64,000 nucleotides of DNA from Gammaproteobacteria bacterium. Lineage in GTDB: Bacteria; Pseudomonadota; Gammaproteobacteria; SZUA-229. The notes under the pieces were generated by a model. That model did not search any database and had not been told where the DNA came from. It saw nothing but the letters and a program-made list of their open reading frames with translations. Shown piece after piece: positions 30,669 through 40,449 of the stretch; within the stretch, counting starts at the first letter, position 1, and every line of letters starts with the position of its first letter. The stretch is from NCBI GenBank assembly GCA_029882395.1, contig JAOUKT010000009.1:7178-71177 (forward strand), read 5' to 3'. The translations under genes were made by a program, and so were the position numbers.

Positions 30669-31715
30669 TTAGCTTAAGGACCTGATTATCGCACTAACCG
30701 GTGCCGCTAATCCCAGAGCATGCGACTGGTCTTTGTGATACCACTGATACTCTCTTTGCTGCATTATTTTATCACTATCTTGCTCATACTGAACCAGTGT
30801 AGGCGTAATAAACAGGTGGTAATGACTAAACGTATGTTTAATAACAGGCTGTTCTTCAGTATTTATCACGCGCATTGCCAGCTTTTGATGGCAGTACTGA
30901 TTAACAGCCTCATCCAGTTCTAATTCTGGAAAACTCCATAAACCACCCCAGATACCCGCCGGCGGTCTTTTTTCTAGCAGCACCTGCTGCTTGTCGTTAC
31001 AGAGGATCAAAAAACGCAGGAACTTTTCAGGCATCAGCTTTTTTGTTTTCGGTGTTGGTAAGCTGTGCACACAAGCGTTTTTTAAAGCCAGGCAATCGTC
31101 TGCTACAGGACACTGCTCACAGTCTGGTCTTGAGCGCTTACAGACTGTTGCACCTAAATCCATAATGGCCTGTGTGTAGTCTGCTACGCGCTGTTCTGGT
31201 GTTAATGACTCAGCCAGAGGCCATAACTGTTGCTGCACAGCACGACTGCCTGTCCAGCCCGCTATGCATTGATGACGAGTTAATACACGTTTTACATTGC
31301 CATCGAGAATCGCTTCAGGCTGATTCCATACCTGTGCCATTATGGCCGCGGCTGTAGAACGCCCAATACCGGGCAAGGCTTCAAGCGCGGCTCTGTTATC
31401 CGGTAAATCATTCAAGCCCTGCTCAATTATCAGCCTCGCTGTTTTATGCAGGTTTCGACAGCGTGCGTAATAACCTAGACCGGACCAGTAATGCAGCACC
31501 TCGTCTTCACTGGCAGCCGCCAGGCTTTGTAACGAATCAAATCGCTGCATAAAACGCTGAAAGTAATCTATCACCGTAATCACCTGCGTCTGCTGCAGCA
31601 TAATTTCAGACACCCAGACCCGATATGCCGTTCGCGGTAACTGCCACGGCAGGTCTTTTCGACCAAACTGATCAAACCAGGTTAATAAACGTCTGGAAAA
31701 AGAATCTTCACTCAT
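30669..31715 (-). CDS. mutY: A/G-specific adenine DNA glycosylase MutY
   Basis: 348 aa ORF with an HhH-GPD fold, the 4Fe-4S cluster motif CKRSRPDCEQCPVADDC (C-x6-C-x2-C-x5-C) and a NUDIX-like C-terminus. Confidence 0.95.
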   Translation of the reverse strand: MSEDSFSRRLLTWFDQFGRKDLPWQLPRTAYRVWVSEIMLQQTQVITVIDYFQRFMQRFDSLQSLAAASEDEVLHYWSGLGYYARCRNLHKTARLIIEQGLNDLPDNRAALEALPGIGRSTAAAIMAQVWNQPEAILDGNVKRVLTRHQCIAGWTGSRAVQQQLWPLAESLTPEQRVADYTQAIMDLGATVCKRSRPDCEQCPVADDCLALKNACVHSLPTPKTKKLMPEKFLRFLILCNDKQQVLLEKRPPAGIWGGLWSFPELELDEAVNQYCHQKLAMRVINTEEQPVIKHTFSHYHLFITPTLVQYEQDSDKIMQQREYQWYHKDQSHALGLAAPVSAIIRSLS

Positions 31716-31825
31716 CGGCTTTTATTTTATAGTCACTGTAAATGCGGTAGCATACACTAAAGCGATCGGCATATAGCCTGCTTAACACGGGTAACAAAAC
31801 CTTTTATACGGATAATCATACGTCT

Positions 31826-32929
31826 ATGAATATTAGTAACATGCTCTTCAAGCTTTTTGACTTACTCAAAACAGCCGGCCAACAAATTTTTCGCCTTCTC
31901 GGTCAGCTAAGAGCATCGACAACAGGCACTGGAAAAATCCCGGGCTTCAGTTTCAACCTCGGCCTCGCACCCTCTTTACTGCTTATTTATTGCCTGATCA
32001 TTGTCGTGACAGCTTATATCTGGGATAACGAACCGGATGCATTTAATGTGCATTCAAATGCACTTGAGCAGGCCAGCGGCGATGGCAGCAAACTGGTCAC
32101 CGGCTACACCAGCACCGCCGCCTTAACCCATATCATGGAAACCCTGCTCAATAAAACCGGCGGCTACCTCAGTAATGACCGCTTTCCGCCCGGTGTTTTT
32201 ATGGACAATGTCCCTAACTGGGAGTTTGGCGCACTGGTACAGGTACGCGACATGACACGCGCACTGCGAAATGATATCAGCCGCTCACAGTCTCAGTCCG
32301 TCGAAGATAAAGACTTAATCATTGCTGAACCACAGTTTAATTACAGTAACGATTCCTGGTGGTTACCTGCAACCGAAACCGAATACCGAGCCGGACTCAA
32401 AGCCATGTACCAGTATATGGCACGTCTATCTGAAGAAGATAACGGCGCACAGTTTTATGCCCGAGCTGATAACCTCAGCGACTGGCTGGCACTGGTGGAA
32501 AAACGCCTGGGCAGCTTGTCTCAGCGTTTAAGCGCCAGCGTTGGTCAGGATCGTCTGAATACCGACCTTGCCGGTGATACGGCGGCCCAGCAGTCGATGC
32601 CGGGCTCAGCTGAGCTGCACCTGAAAACAGAGTGGGATCAGATTGACGACATTTTTTATGAGGCTCGTGGTGCGGCCTGGGCGCTTAGCCATTTATTTAA
32701 ATCCGTTGAAATTGATTTTGCCGAGATTTTGAAAAAGAAAAATGCGCTGGTAAGTTTACGGCAGATCGTGCGCGAACTCGATGCCACCCAGGAAGAAGTC
32801 TGGAGCCCGATCATTCTAAACGGCAGTGGCTTTGGCTTTTTTGCCAATCATTCTCTGGTCATGGCCAATTACATTTCACGTGCCAATGCCGCTGTTATCG
32901 AACTACGCACATTGCTTTCACAAGGCTAA
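31826..32929 (+). CDS. Conserved membrane-anchored hypothetical protein (possibly DUF2333 family)
   Basis: 367 aa ORF with one TM helix near residue 50. It is divergent from mutY, and I recall a similar hypothetical in that position in pseudomonads. The family name is unverified. Confidence 0.5.
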   Translation: MNISNMLFKLFDLLKTAGQQIFRLLGQLRASTTGTGKIPGFSFNLGLAPSLLLIYCLIIVVTAYIWDNEPDAFNVHSNALEQASGDGSKLVTGYTSTAALTHIMETLLNKTGGYLSNDRFPPGVFMDNVPNWEFGALVQVRDMTRALRNDISRSQSQSVEDKDLIIAEPQFNYSNDSWWLPATETEYRAGLKAMYQYMARLSEEDNGAQFYARADNLSDWLALVEKRLGSLSQRLSASVGQDRLNTDLAGDTAAQQSMPGSAELHLKTEWDQIDDIFYEARGAAWALSHLFKSVEIDFAEILKKKNALVSLRQIVRELDATQEEVWSPIILNGSGFGFFANHSLVMANYISRANAAVIELRTLLSQG

Positions 32930-32939
32930 TTGCCGCTGC

Positions 32940-32962
32940 AGGCCGTTGCAAACAAACGGCCT
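32940..32962 (+). terminator. Probable terminator hairpin AGGCCGTT-gcaaaca-AACGGCCT
   Basis: Perfect 8-bp stem 11 nt after the stop codon. The T-tract is weak (gattta). Confidence 0.45.
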
Positions 32963-33178
32963 GATTTATAAAGCCTGATTCTTCTGGTTTGCACCATCTA
33001 CTGCCATTCATCTTGTTGTCACATTTCTCATGCACCATTAACTGGCAGTTTTTTGCCGTCTGCCTGAAAAACATCCCTGACAGCGGCCTTTTTCTGGCAT
33101 GCGACTTGCTGTTTACAAATTAAGCTAACACCACATTTCGGCCAGAGCACACAATTTATTTTTATAGAGAATCATAAT

Positions 33179-33928
33179 ATGCCTGACACTTCAAAATGTT
33201 TTAATCTTATTAATGGTGTGACACATGATCTTAAATCGCCCCTGCACGCCATGCTGGGCTTTACGGATTTAGTTAAAAGCGACCTGGAACAACTATCCGT
33301 CTCCGGCTTACCGGAGAAAACACTGTCACATTTAAAACTCGTGACAGAAATTGGCCACGATATGCTCGAGCTGATCAACAACATGCTAACCGCTGCCCGT
33401 ATACAGTCCGGGCAAATGGCAATAACACCCGTGATGCTAACGCAGGATATTATCAGTGCCCGGCTTGATGAGCTTGAACAAACCTTCATCGCCGAAGCAC
33501 AAAGCCGTAACATTACGTTTTCAGTCAATTACGCACGCTTACCGGAACTCGCACAATGGGATGTCAAAAGCCTGCGCTATTTCGTCATGAACAACCTGAT
33601 TTCAAATGCCTTAAAGTTTGTAGAAAAAGACGGCACTGTGGCCGTGCATCTCGATACCGATGACAATGATCGGGTTCACATCACCGTAGCCGATAATGGA
33701 CCGGGCATACCGCTAAATGAGCGGCAGAACATCTTTCAGCAGTTTACTCAGGGAAAGACATCACTGCGATCAGCTCATGGCAGTGGCTACGGTTTATTCA
33801 ATGCCTGCCAGATGATCAAAACTCACCACGGTCAGATCAACATCACAGAAGGCATCGGCGGGCTGGGCGTTTGTTTCACCGTCAGCCTTCCTGCCATGCC
33901 GTTTCAAAACGAGCCGCTGCAAAAATGA
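33179..33928 (+). CDS. Soluble histidine kinase core (HisKA + HATPase only, no sensor domain)
   Basis: 249 aa ORF. The H-box THDLKSPLHAM starts at residue ~15. NLISNALKF, DNGPGI and GSGYGL are present. Confidence 0.8.
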   Translation: MPDTSKCFNLINGVTHDLKSPLHAMLGFTDLVKSDLEQLSVSGLPEKTLSHLKLVTEIGHDMLELINNMLTAARIQSGQMAITPVMLTQDIISARLDELEQTFIAEAQSRNITFSVNYARLPELAQWDVKSLRYFVMNNLISNALKFVEKDGTVAVHLDTDDNDRVHITVADNGPGIPLNERQNIFQQFTQGKTSLRSAHGSGYGLFNACQMIKTHHGQINITEGIGGLGVCFTVSLPAMPFQNEPLQK

Positions 33929-33952
33929 TAAAGCCTGCAGATCGGGCGTTTA

Positions 33953-34429
33953 CTATAACGCTAACTGCCAGTCACCGGATTTACCGCCTGACTTTTTCAA
34001 CAGTCGAACAGTATGCATTTCCATGCCGCGATCGACCGCTTTACACATGTCATAAATGGTGAGCAAGGCTGCCTGCACAGCTGTCAGCGCTTCCATTTCG
34101 ACACCGGTAACGCCGAGCGTTTCTGTCGTCACTTCACACCTCACACTGTCTTTATGGTCACTCTCTAACACCACGTTTACATGCGTTAGGGCAATCGGGT
34201 GACAAAGCGGAATAATATCGGCTGTTTTCTTTGATGCCATGATCGCGGCAATACGCGCAATGCCCAACACATCGCCTTTTTTATGCTCACCCTTATCGAT
34301 CAAAGCCAGCGTCTCTGGCATCATTGTGATAATACCTTCGGCCACCGCGATTCGACGAGTGCTGTCTTTTTCACCAACATTGACCATATGTGCATCGCCA
34401 GCGGCGTTAAAATGGGTTAAATCAGTCAT
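33953..34429 (-). CDS. moaC: Cyclic pyranopterin monophosphate synthase MoaC
   Basis: 158 aa ORF with the [19 protein letters not shown] and LCHP motifs. Confidence 0.95.
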   Translation of the reverse strand: MTDLTHFNAAGDAHMVNVGEKDSTRRIAVAEGIITMMPETLALIDKGEHKKGDVLGIARIAAIMASKKTADIIPLCHPIALTHVNVVLESDHKDSVRCEVTTETLGVTGVEMEALTAVQAALLTIYDMCKAVDRGMEMHTVRLLKKSGGKSGDWQLAL

Positions 34430-34541
34430 GAAGATGAATCCGCTTTGCTAAAAAGCTTATTTTATCCTACTCAAATCACAAATCACACCTGCTATAATCA
34501 GCATGGTTATGATCGATAACAGCAAACAGCACACACCACAG

Positions 34542-34775
34542 ATGAAGATTAGCGTTAAATTCTTTGCCAGTTTACGCGAACAAACTGGCGTATCAGATCG
34601 CATCATTAGCTGCGATGAACCCCAGACAGCTCTGCAGATATGGCAACAGGCCAGTAACCAGCCGACGATGCCGGAAAACATATTATGTGCCATCAATATG
34701 GAATACGTGGCCCCAAGCTGCCTGGTGAATGACGGTGATGAAGTCGCTTTCTTCCCACCGGTCACCGGCGGCTAG
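34542..34775 (+). CDS. moaD: Molybdopterin synthase sulfur-carrier subunit MoaD
   Basis: MKISVKFFASLREQ... ending in the C-terminal ...PPVTGG. The track ORF starts at 34503, and 34542 gives the canonical N-terminus. The start is uncertain. Confidence 0.85.
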   Translation: MKISVKFFASLREQTGVSDRIISCDEPQTALQIWQQASNQPTMPENILCAINMEYVAPSCLVNDGDEVAFFPPVTGG

Positions 34776-34776
34776 C

Positions 34777-35211
34777 ATGATAGCGCTACGAGACACGGTC
34801 TTTGACCCATGGCAAGAACTGCAAACTTTTCAACATACAATAGCGGCCGGAAAATATGGTGCCTGCTGTAATTTTGTTGGCAGTATGCGTGATTTCAATG
34901 AAGGCGATACTGTCTCGAGAATGACGCTCGAGCATTACCCCGGCATGACTGAAAAATTTCTGCAAACAATCTGTGATGAAGCCCGCGAAAAGTGGCCTTT
35001 ACAGGACTGTTTAATTATTCACCGTGTTGGCGACATCAACCCCAATGAAAGCATTGTATTAACCGCAGCCTGGTCGGCTCACCGTGATGCCTCATTCGCA
35101 GCCTGTCGTTATCTGATCGAAGAACTCAAACACCGCGCGCCTTTCTGGAAAAAAGAAAATACCGGGCACGGCGAGCGCTGGGTCAGTGAAAATACGGCGA
35201 GCGAATCCTAA
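34777..35211 (+). CDS. moaE: Molybdopterin synthase catalytic subunit MoaE
   Basis: The ATG lies 1 nt after the moaD stop. The sequence has FVG.MRD....V..M.LEHYPGM and ...WKKE motifs. The track ORF start at 34729 overlaps moaD. Confidence 0.9.
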   Translation: MIALRDTVFDPWQELQTFQHTIAAGKYGACCNFVGSMRDFNEGDTVSRMTLEHYPGMTEKFLQTICDEAREKWPLQDCLIIHRVGDINPNESIVLTAAWSAHRDASFAACRYLIEELKHRAPFWKKENTGHGERWVSENTASES

Positions 35212-35331
35212 AAACGTCACAATTCTTTACACTATACGCTCGACTTTCTGACCAACAGTCTTTAACCTCAGGCACGACCTGAGTACTATAAGTTTTGATT
35301 ACCCGGTGCCAATAAGGACATTCACCAGCTA

Positions 35332-37446
35332 ATGAGTAATTTAAAGGACACATCATCATCGCTTAACGCCTTAAATTGTCACATCGATAAATTACTGTCA
35401 CATTTTAACGAAGCCGCATTCATCTGTTATAGCGGCCAGTTATGGATGAACGCCCCCCTTTGCCAGATGTTAAACTGCGACAACAAACAGTCGCTCAGTG
35501 CTGTCGTGCCCAGCAATATGCATCATTTATTGTCTCAGCCGGGTAACCAACAGTTTGATCTTGAGCTCAATGGCAACCGCAAAGCTGTTACTGCCAGGGC
35601 ATTACTCAGCCCCTATCAGGTTCAACAATACAAGATGACACTGGGTCTGATTATGAACACGCCAGCTGCCGTCGCATCCGCTGACATTTTTCCAAGCCCG
35701 AAAATCGAAATCATCAGTAACGACCTGCCTTTCGAACACCAAAAAGCCAGCGTCACGCTCGAGGCGATCAGTGACGGCATCATCAGCATTGACCATAACG
35801 GTTATATCGATTACCTCAACACCTCGGCTGAATTGATGCTGGGCATCGCCGCCAGTGATGTGCTTGAAAGGAAACTCAACGAGGTACTCACACTCGAAGA
35901 TGCCGTCAGTGGCCTATGCGTTCAGGCTATCGCCAAGAATTTCAAACAAAAACCTCACCCCGACCGCCACTCACAGGAACTTTTGATAAAACATAAAAGC
36001 AGCGGCTTTTTATCACCCGTCGATATCTTTAGCTCGCCAATTAAAGACAACGCAGGAAATATTGCAGGCACTGTGCTGGTGATACATGACATTTCTGATT
36101 TGCAATACATGTCCGAACAGATTTTATTTCAGGCTAAACACGATTCACTGACAGGCCTGTTTAATCGCGGCGAGTTCGAAAGACAACTTTTAAACACACT
36201 GGACAGACTTCAACAGTCTGACGAAACACATGTCATGTGTTATATCGACCTGGATCAGTTTAAAACCGTCAATGACAGTTGCGGCCATCTGGCAGGTGAT
36301 GCGCTGTTAAAACAAATCAGCGCTCATATTAAGTCTCACACTAAAGACCGTGATATTGTTGGCCGCTTAGGTGGTGATGAATTTGGTTTGCTGCTCAAAG
36401 ACTGTGATATGAATCATGCCAGAAACGTTACTGAGCGTATCCGCCAGGCAGTAAAATCGCATCAGTTCAAATGGGATAATAAAACCTTTCGCATCGGTGC
36501 CAGTATCGGCGTAATGGTCATTGATAAAAACTCAGGCACACTCGATGACATCATGAGCACAGTCGATTCCGCCTGCTACAGCGCCAAACAGTCCGGCCGC
36601 GACCAGGTCAACTTCATCAGCAAGGATAATGAACTGATATTAAAGCGGCAGTCCGAGGCAGTCTGTGTTGAAAAAATAAAACATGCACTTGCGAAGGACG
36701 GTTTCCAGCTTTACACACAGTCTATTGCGCCGCTGGATGCATCGATAGAACATGGCGGCCATCAGGAACTGTTACTGCGCATGTGCACCGCCGATAACAA
36801 AATGCTAAATGCCAGTGATTTTATCAATACCGCACAGCGTTACCATATGATGGCGGATATTGACCGCTGGGTAATACAACATGCCCTGCTGCGACTGAGT
36901 GATTCAGAAGACGCATTAAATGATGAAAACATCGAACTCACCTGCATTAACATTTCATCGCAGTCGCTCAGTGACGATACTTTTACCGATGACGTTATAC
37001 AGTATCTAAAAAACTCCCCGGTTCCGGCTCAAAAAATCTGTTTTGAGATTTCAGAAAACGCGGTGGCCAGCGATATTATTCATGCAACAGAGTTCATGCA
37101 GAAGCTGTCGGCTATCGGCGTGCACTTTTCTCTGGATAATTTTTGCAACAGTCTCAGCTCTTTTTCATATATTAAAAACTTACCGATAGATTTTTTAAAA
37201 ATTGACGGCCGCTTTATGCACAACCTGATTGAAGATGCCGTCGACAGCGCACTGATCAGCGCGATCAGAGATATAACCAATATTCTAGGCATTCAGACCA
37301 TTGCCGAAAGTGTCGAAGACCAGTACACCTATAATGCGTTAAAAACCCTGGGCATTGATTATGCCCAGGGTTTTTATATTTCCCGGCCTAAAGATTTACT
37401 TCAGCAATATGAACAGAGCCTCTCGGCCCCGCTGAATATTCAGTAA
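35332..37446 (+). CDS. PAS-GGDEF-EAL c-di-GMP signalling protein
   Basis: 704 aa ORF. The GGDEF site RLGGDEFGLLL is intact. The EAL domain has QELLLRM, INISS, EISE, KIDGRF, AESVE and QGF, but LDNFCNSLSS stands in place of DDFGTGYSS. Confidence 0.9.
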   Translation: MSNLKDTSSSLNALNCHIDKLLSHFNEAAFICYSGQLWMNAPLCQMLNCDNKQSLSAVVPSNMHHLLSQPGNQQFDLELNGNRKAVTARALLSPYQVQQYKMTLGLIMNTPAAVASADIFPSPKIEIISNDLPFEHQKASVTLEAISDGIISIDHNGYIDYLNTSAELMLGIAASDVLERKLNEVLTLEDAVSGLCVQAIAKNFKQKPHPDRHSQELLIKHKSSGFLSPVDIFSSPIKDNAGNIAGTVLVIHDISDLQYMSEQILFQAKHDSLTGLFNRGEFERQLLNTLDRLQQSDETHVMCYIDLDQFKTVNDSCGHLAGDALLKQISAHIKSHTKDRDIVGRLGGDEFGLLLKDCDMNHARNVTERIRQAVKSHQFKWDNKTFRIGASIGVMVIDKNSGTLDDIMSTVDSACYSAKQSGRDQVNFISKDNELILKRQSEAVCVEKIKHALAKDGFQLYTQSIAPLDASIEHGGHQELLLRMCTADNKMLNASDFINTAQRYHMMADIDRWVIQHALLRLSDSEDALNDENIELTCINISSQSLSDDTFTDDVIQYLKNSPVPAQKICFEISENAVASDIIHATEFMQKLSAIGVHFSLDNFCNSLSSFSYIKNLPIDFLKIDGRFMHNLIEDAVDSALISAIRDITNILGIQTIAESVEDQYTYNALKTLGIDYAQGFYISRPKDLLQQYEQSLSAPLNIQ

Positions 37447-38757
37447 CAGCGGTGTATCTTTATTTGAAATGACTTTTTCCAGGTCATCTAAATTGCTCAC
37501 GCGTCGTTTGTTCACCGACAAAATCAGGTCATCTTTTCGTAAACGCCCGTACCATGCCGCGCTACCGTGTTTAACCTCATGTATATAAACATAGGTTCTT
37601 TTAGCATGGCTATCATCTTCTACCACCCCCAGTATCGCCCCGGCCAGTCTTTTACTATAACGCTGTCCATCAACTTTTTGTTGCTGACTTTCTTTTATCG
37701 TCGCGGTTAATATTTTTTCATTGCGGTCCCGGATGACTTTTAAACTGACCTCAACGCCTACCCGCATCATGCCAATAATATTTCTTAAGTCGGCAGCGCT
37801 TCTGACTTTTCGGTTATTCACTTCAGTTAATACATCGCCTACTTCAACACCTGCTTTGTCTGCAGGCGAGCCATCAACCACATCCGCAATTACCACGCCC
37901 TGATTCAAAGGGATACCAAAAGCCTGGGCAAGTTCATTACTCAGGTTCTGTATCGAAATCCCCAGACGACCGCGCCTGACTTCACCAAACTCCAGCAGCT
38001 GCTCAACCACCTGCCTGACCATATTGATCGGAATGGCAAAACCAATGCCAACGTTGCCACCTGAGCCGCCGGGTGCCAGAATCGCTGTATTCATTCCAAT
38101 TAAATGACCATTAAGATCGACCAGGGCACCGCCCGAATTGCCCGGATTAATTGACGCATCGGTTTGAATAAAGTTTTCATAATCTTCTATGCCGAGGCCA
38201 CTTCTGCCTAATGCGCTGACGATACCTGATGTAACCGTTTGATTCAGGCCATAAGGATTACCGACGGCAACGACAAAATCCCCGACTTTCAGCCTGTCCG
38301 AATCCGACATTTTCAATGCGCTCAGATTCCCCGCCTTTATTTTTAATAAAGCAACATCAACATCTGCATCCGAACCAATTAATTCAGCTATGACTTCACG
38401 ACCATCGTTCAATGTCACGTGTATTTTGTCAGCACCTCTTATGACATGGTGATTAGTAATCACTAGACCTTTTTTAGCATCAACAATGACACCCGTACCC
38501 AGGCTCTGCGGTCTCGATTCTTGCTGTTGTTCAGGTACACCAAAAAAATGCCTGAAAAACGGGTCATCTAATAATGGATTAGACTGAGCAATACCGCGTT
38601 TACTGCTGGTCGCAATATTCACCACTCCGGGTTTAACCCGCTCAACCATCTGTGCCAGTGAAGGCATAGCCTTGCCTTCTACCAGATCGGGCAGTGCCGC
38701 ATTGGCCAACGGCGAGAACAGCAGTAACAATGGTATCAGCTGAAGTATTTTAATCAT
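37396..38757 (-). CDS. Periplasmic Do/DegP/DegQ-family serine endoprotease (2 PDZ domains)
   Basis: 453 aa ORF with a signal peptide, the catalytic motif NPGNSGGAL, and a C-terminus LLLNIQRGREALFILLK resembling E. coli DegP ...LNIQRGDSTIYLLMQ. Confidence 0.92.
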   Translation of the reverse strand: MIKILQLIPLLLLFSPLANAALPDLVEGKAMPSLAQMVERVKPGVVNIATSSKRGIAQSNPLLDDPFFRHFFGVPEQQQESRPQSLGTGVIVDAKKGLVITNHHVIRGADKIHVTLNDGREVIAELIGSDADVDVALLKIKAGNLSALKMSDSDRLKVGDFVVAVGNPYGLNQTVTSGIVSALGRSGLGIEDYENFIQTDASINPGNSGGALVDLNGHLIGMNTAILAPGGSGGNVGIGFAIPINMVRQVVEQLLEFGEVRRGRLGISIQNLSNELAQAFGIPLNQGVVIADVVDGSPADKAGVEVGDVLTEVNNRKVRSAADLRNIIGMMRVGVEVSLKVIRDRNEKILTATIKESQQQKVDGQRYSKRLAGAILGVVEDDSHAKRTYVYIHEVKHGSAAWYGRLRKDDLILSVNKRRVSNLDDLEKVISNKDTPLLLNIQRGREALFILLK

Positions 38758-38791
38758 TTCATTTTTATCCTCTACAATCGCAATCAGTTAA

Positions 38792-38819
38792 TCCGACCAG
38801 CGAATAATCGCTATGTTCC
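38792..38819 (-). promoter_or_regulatory. Candidate sigma-E (RpoE/AlgU)-type promoter of the protease gene
   Basis: The minus strand reads GGAACAT-N16-TCGGA, compared with the consensus GGAACTT-N16-TCTGA. It sits ~35 nt upstream of the start codon. degP/mucD are classical sigma-E regulon members. Confidence 0.4.
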
Positions 38820-38886
38820 CTCTAACAACTGAATAAAACGTCTTAGTCATTTATAATGTGGTTTTTGTTAAACAATTCAAGTAAAC

Positions 38887-39714
38887 ATGAATCACATTGT
38901 CCAGTGTCCTGTCTGCCAGCAAAGCCTGCAAGCTAAAGAAAACAAATGGCAGTGCGATAACCACCACCACTTTGACATAGCCAAACAGGGTTATTGCAAC
39001 CTGTTACTCGCCAACCAGAAAAAGTCGCTGACACCTGGCGATGATAGCCGCATGCTCAATGCCCGTTTTCAGTTTCTTAATCAGGGCCATTACCAGCCTG
39101 TTGCTGATGCCATCTGTCGTCTCATAGCCCGGCACTGCCCCGGCCCAGAACAAGTCCTGGACATTGGTTGTGGAGAAGGTTATTACCTGTCATCACTCAA
39201 AGCGTCTCTAAACAACCCGGCTACGAGTTATTTCGGCACTGATATATCCAAACAGGCCCTGAAACTCGCCGCCCGTCACTACCCGTCTATTGACTGGTTT
39301 GTGGCCGCAGCAAAAAATCAGCCTTTCTTTGCCCAACAGCTTGATCTGGTGTTAAACATTTTTGCCCCTGCCGACTGGCAAGAAATCCACCGTATTCTTA
39401 AACCGGACGGCCATGTATTACTGGCTGTCGCTGGCAGCGACCACTTGCAAAGCTTGAGAGAAATGATTTATCAGTCCGTCAAACCACACCAGCCAGAACG
39501 TTTTTTAGAAAAGGTGGCGGCTAATTTTGAACTAATCGACAGTAGCGCTTGTCAATTTGAATTACTCTTGACGGATCAGGATTCGATTCATTCATTACTG
39601 CAAATGACACCGTATTACTGGCAGGCTGATGAAAATTGCCGCCAGTCGATAGAAAATTTGCAGAGATTGTCGACTCCTGTTAACGTTCAACTTTATTTAT
39701 TAAAAGCCTGTTAA
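38887..39714 (+). CDS. rlmA: 23S rRNA (guanine745-N1)-methyltransferase RlmA
   Basis: N-terminal zinc ribbon CPVCQQSL...WQCDNHHHFDIAKQGYCNLL and the SAM motif VLDIGCGEGYY. Confidence 0.85.
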   Translation: MNHIVQCPVCQQSLQAKENKWQCDNHHHFDIAKQGYCNLLLANQKKSLTPGDDSRMLNARFQFLNQGHYQPVADAICRLIARHCPGPEQVLDIGCGEGYYLSSLKASLNNPATSYFGTDISKQALKLAARHYPSIDWFVAAAKNQPFFAQQLDLVLNIFAPADWQEIHRILKPDGHVLLAVAGSDHLQSLREMIYQSVKPHQPERFLEKVAANFELIDSSACQFELLLTDQDSIHSLLQMTPYYWQADENCRQSIENLQRLSTPVNVQLYLLKAC

Positions 39715-39735
39715 CAACAAGGACTAACTATACCG

Positions 39736-40422
39736 ATGATTAAACACTATTGCGTTACATTGATACTGGCTGCTGTATCTGTTTCTGCTGGAGCAGCACC
39801 TCAGCTCGACGACAAACAAAAATTGAGTTACCTGCTGGGTCAGAATACGGCCAAAAGCATGATCAGCAAAGACATTGAGATTGACCCTGCCTCTTTTCTG
39901 AATGGCATGAAAGATGCGCTTGCCCAGAAACCCTCTTTGCTAAGCGATGCTGAAAGCAATGAAGTAATGATGAAGTTTCAGTCAACCATGAAAAGCAAAG
40001 CCCAGGAAAAAGCCGCGAAACTCTCGGCTGCCAACATTGCTGCCGGTAAAGCCTTCATCGCAGAATACACCGGCAAAAAAGGTGTCACCAGCCTCGACAA
40101 TGGCATCTCATATAGCGTGATTAAAAGTGGCTCAGGTGCACAGCCTAAAGCAACTGATACCGTTGTTGCTCATTACACCGGTAAACTGGTTGATGGCAAG
40201 GTTTTCGACAGCTCTGTTAAGCGTGGCCAGCCAAGCACTTTCCCATTAAAAAATGTGATTAAAGGCTGGCAAGAAGTACTGCCTCTGATGAAAGTCGGCG
40301 CCAAGTGGGAAGTGGTGATACCGCCTCAGCTGGCCTATGGCGAAAGAGGCCCGGGTGGCGTAATTGGGCCAAACTCGACACTGGTTTTTGAAATTGAGCT
40401 GATAGAAATTAAACAGCCGTAA
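39736..40422 (+). CDS. fkpA: Periplasmic FKBP-type peptidyl-prolyl isomerase (FkpA/Mip-like)
   Basis: Signal peptide, a helical dimerisation region, and a C-terminal FKBP domain (VVAHYTGKLVDGKVFDSS...GWQE...GGVIGPNSTLVFEIELI). Confidence 0.85.
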   Translation: MIKHYCVTLILAAVSVSAGAAPQLDDKQKLSYLLGQNTAKSMISKDIEIDPASFLNGMKDALAQKPSLLSDAESNEVMMKFQSTMKSKAQEKAAKLSAANIAAGKAFIAEYTGKKGVTSLDNGISYSVIKSGSGAQPKATDTVVAHYTGKLVDGKVFDSSVKRGQPSTFPLKNVIKGWQEVLPLMKVGAKWEVVIPPQLAYGERGPGGVIGPNSTLVFEIELIEIKQP

Positions 40423-40428
40423 CGCCTT

Positions 40429-40449
40429 TAGTCAGTAGTCGTTAGTCAG
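40429..40449. repeat. Three tandem heptamers TAGTCAG-TAGTCGT-TAGTCAG
   Basis: Counted directly. They start 7 nt after the fkpA stop and overlap the 5' arm of the terminator hairpin. Confidence 0.8.

Noticed and set aside
34430-34541. Moco riboswitch upstream of moaDE.
   Set aside because: The divergent spacer is only ~75-110 nt, too short for the ~140-nt Moco motif, and lacks its conserved elements. It contains just a TATAAT box at 34491-34496.
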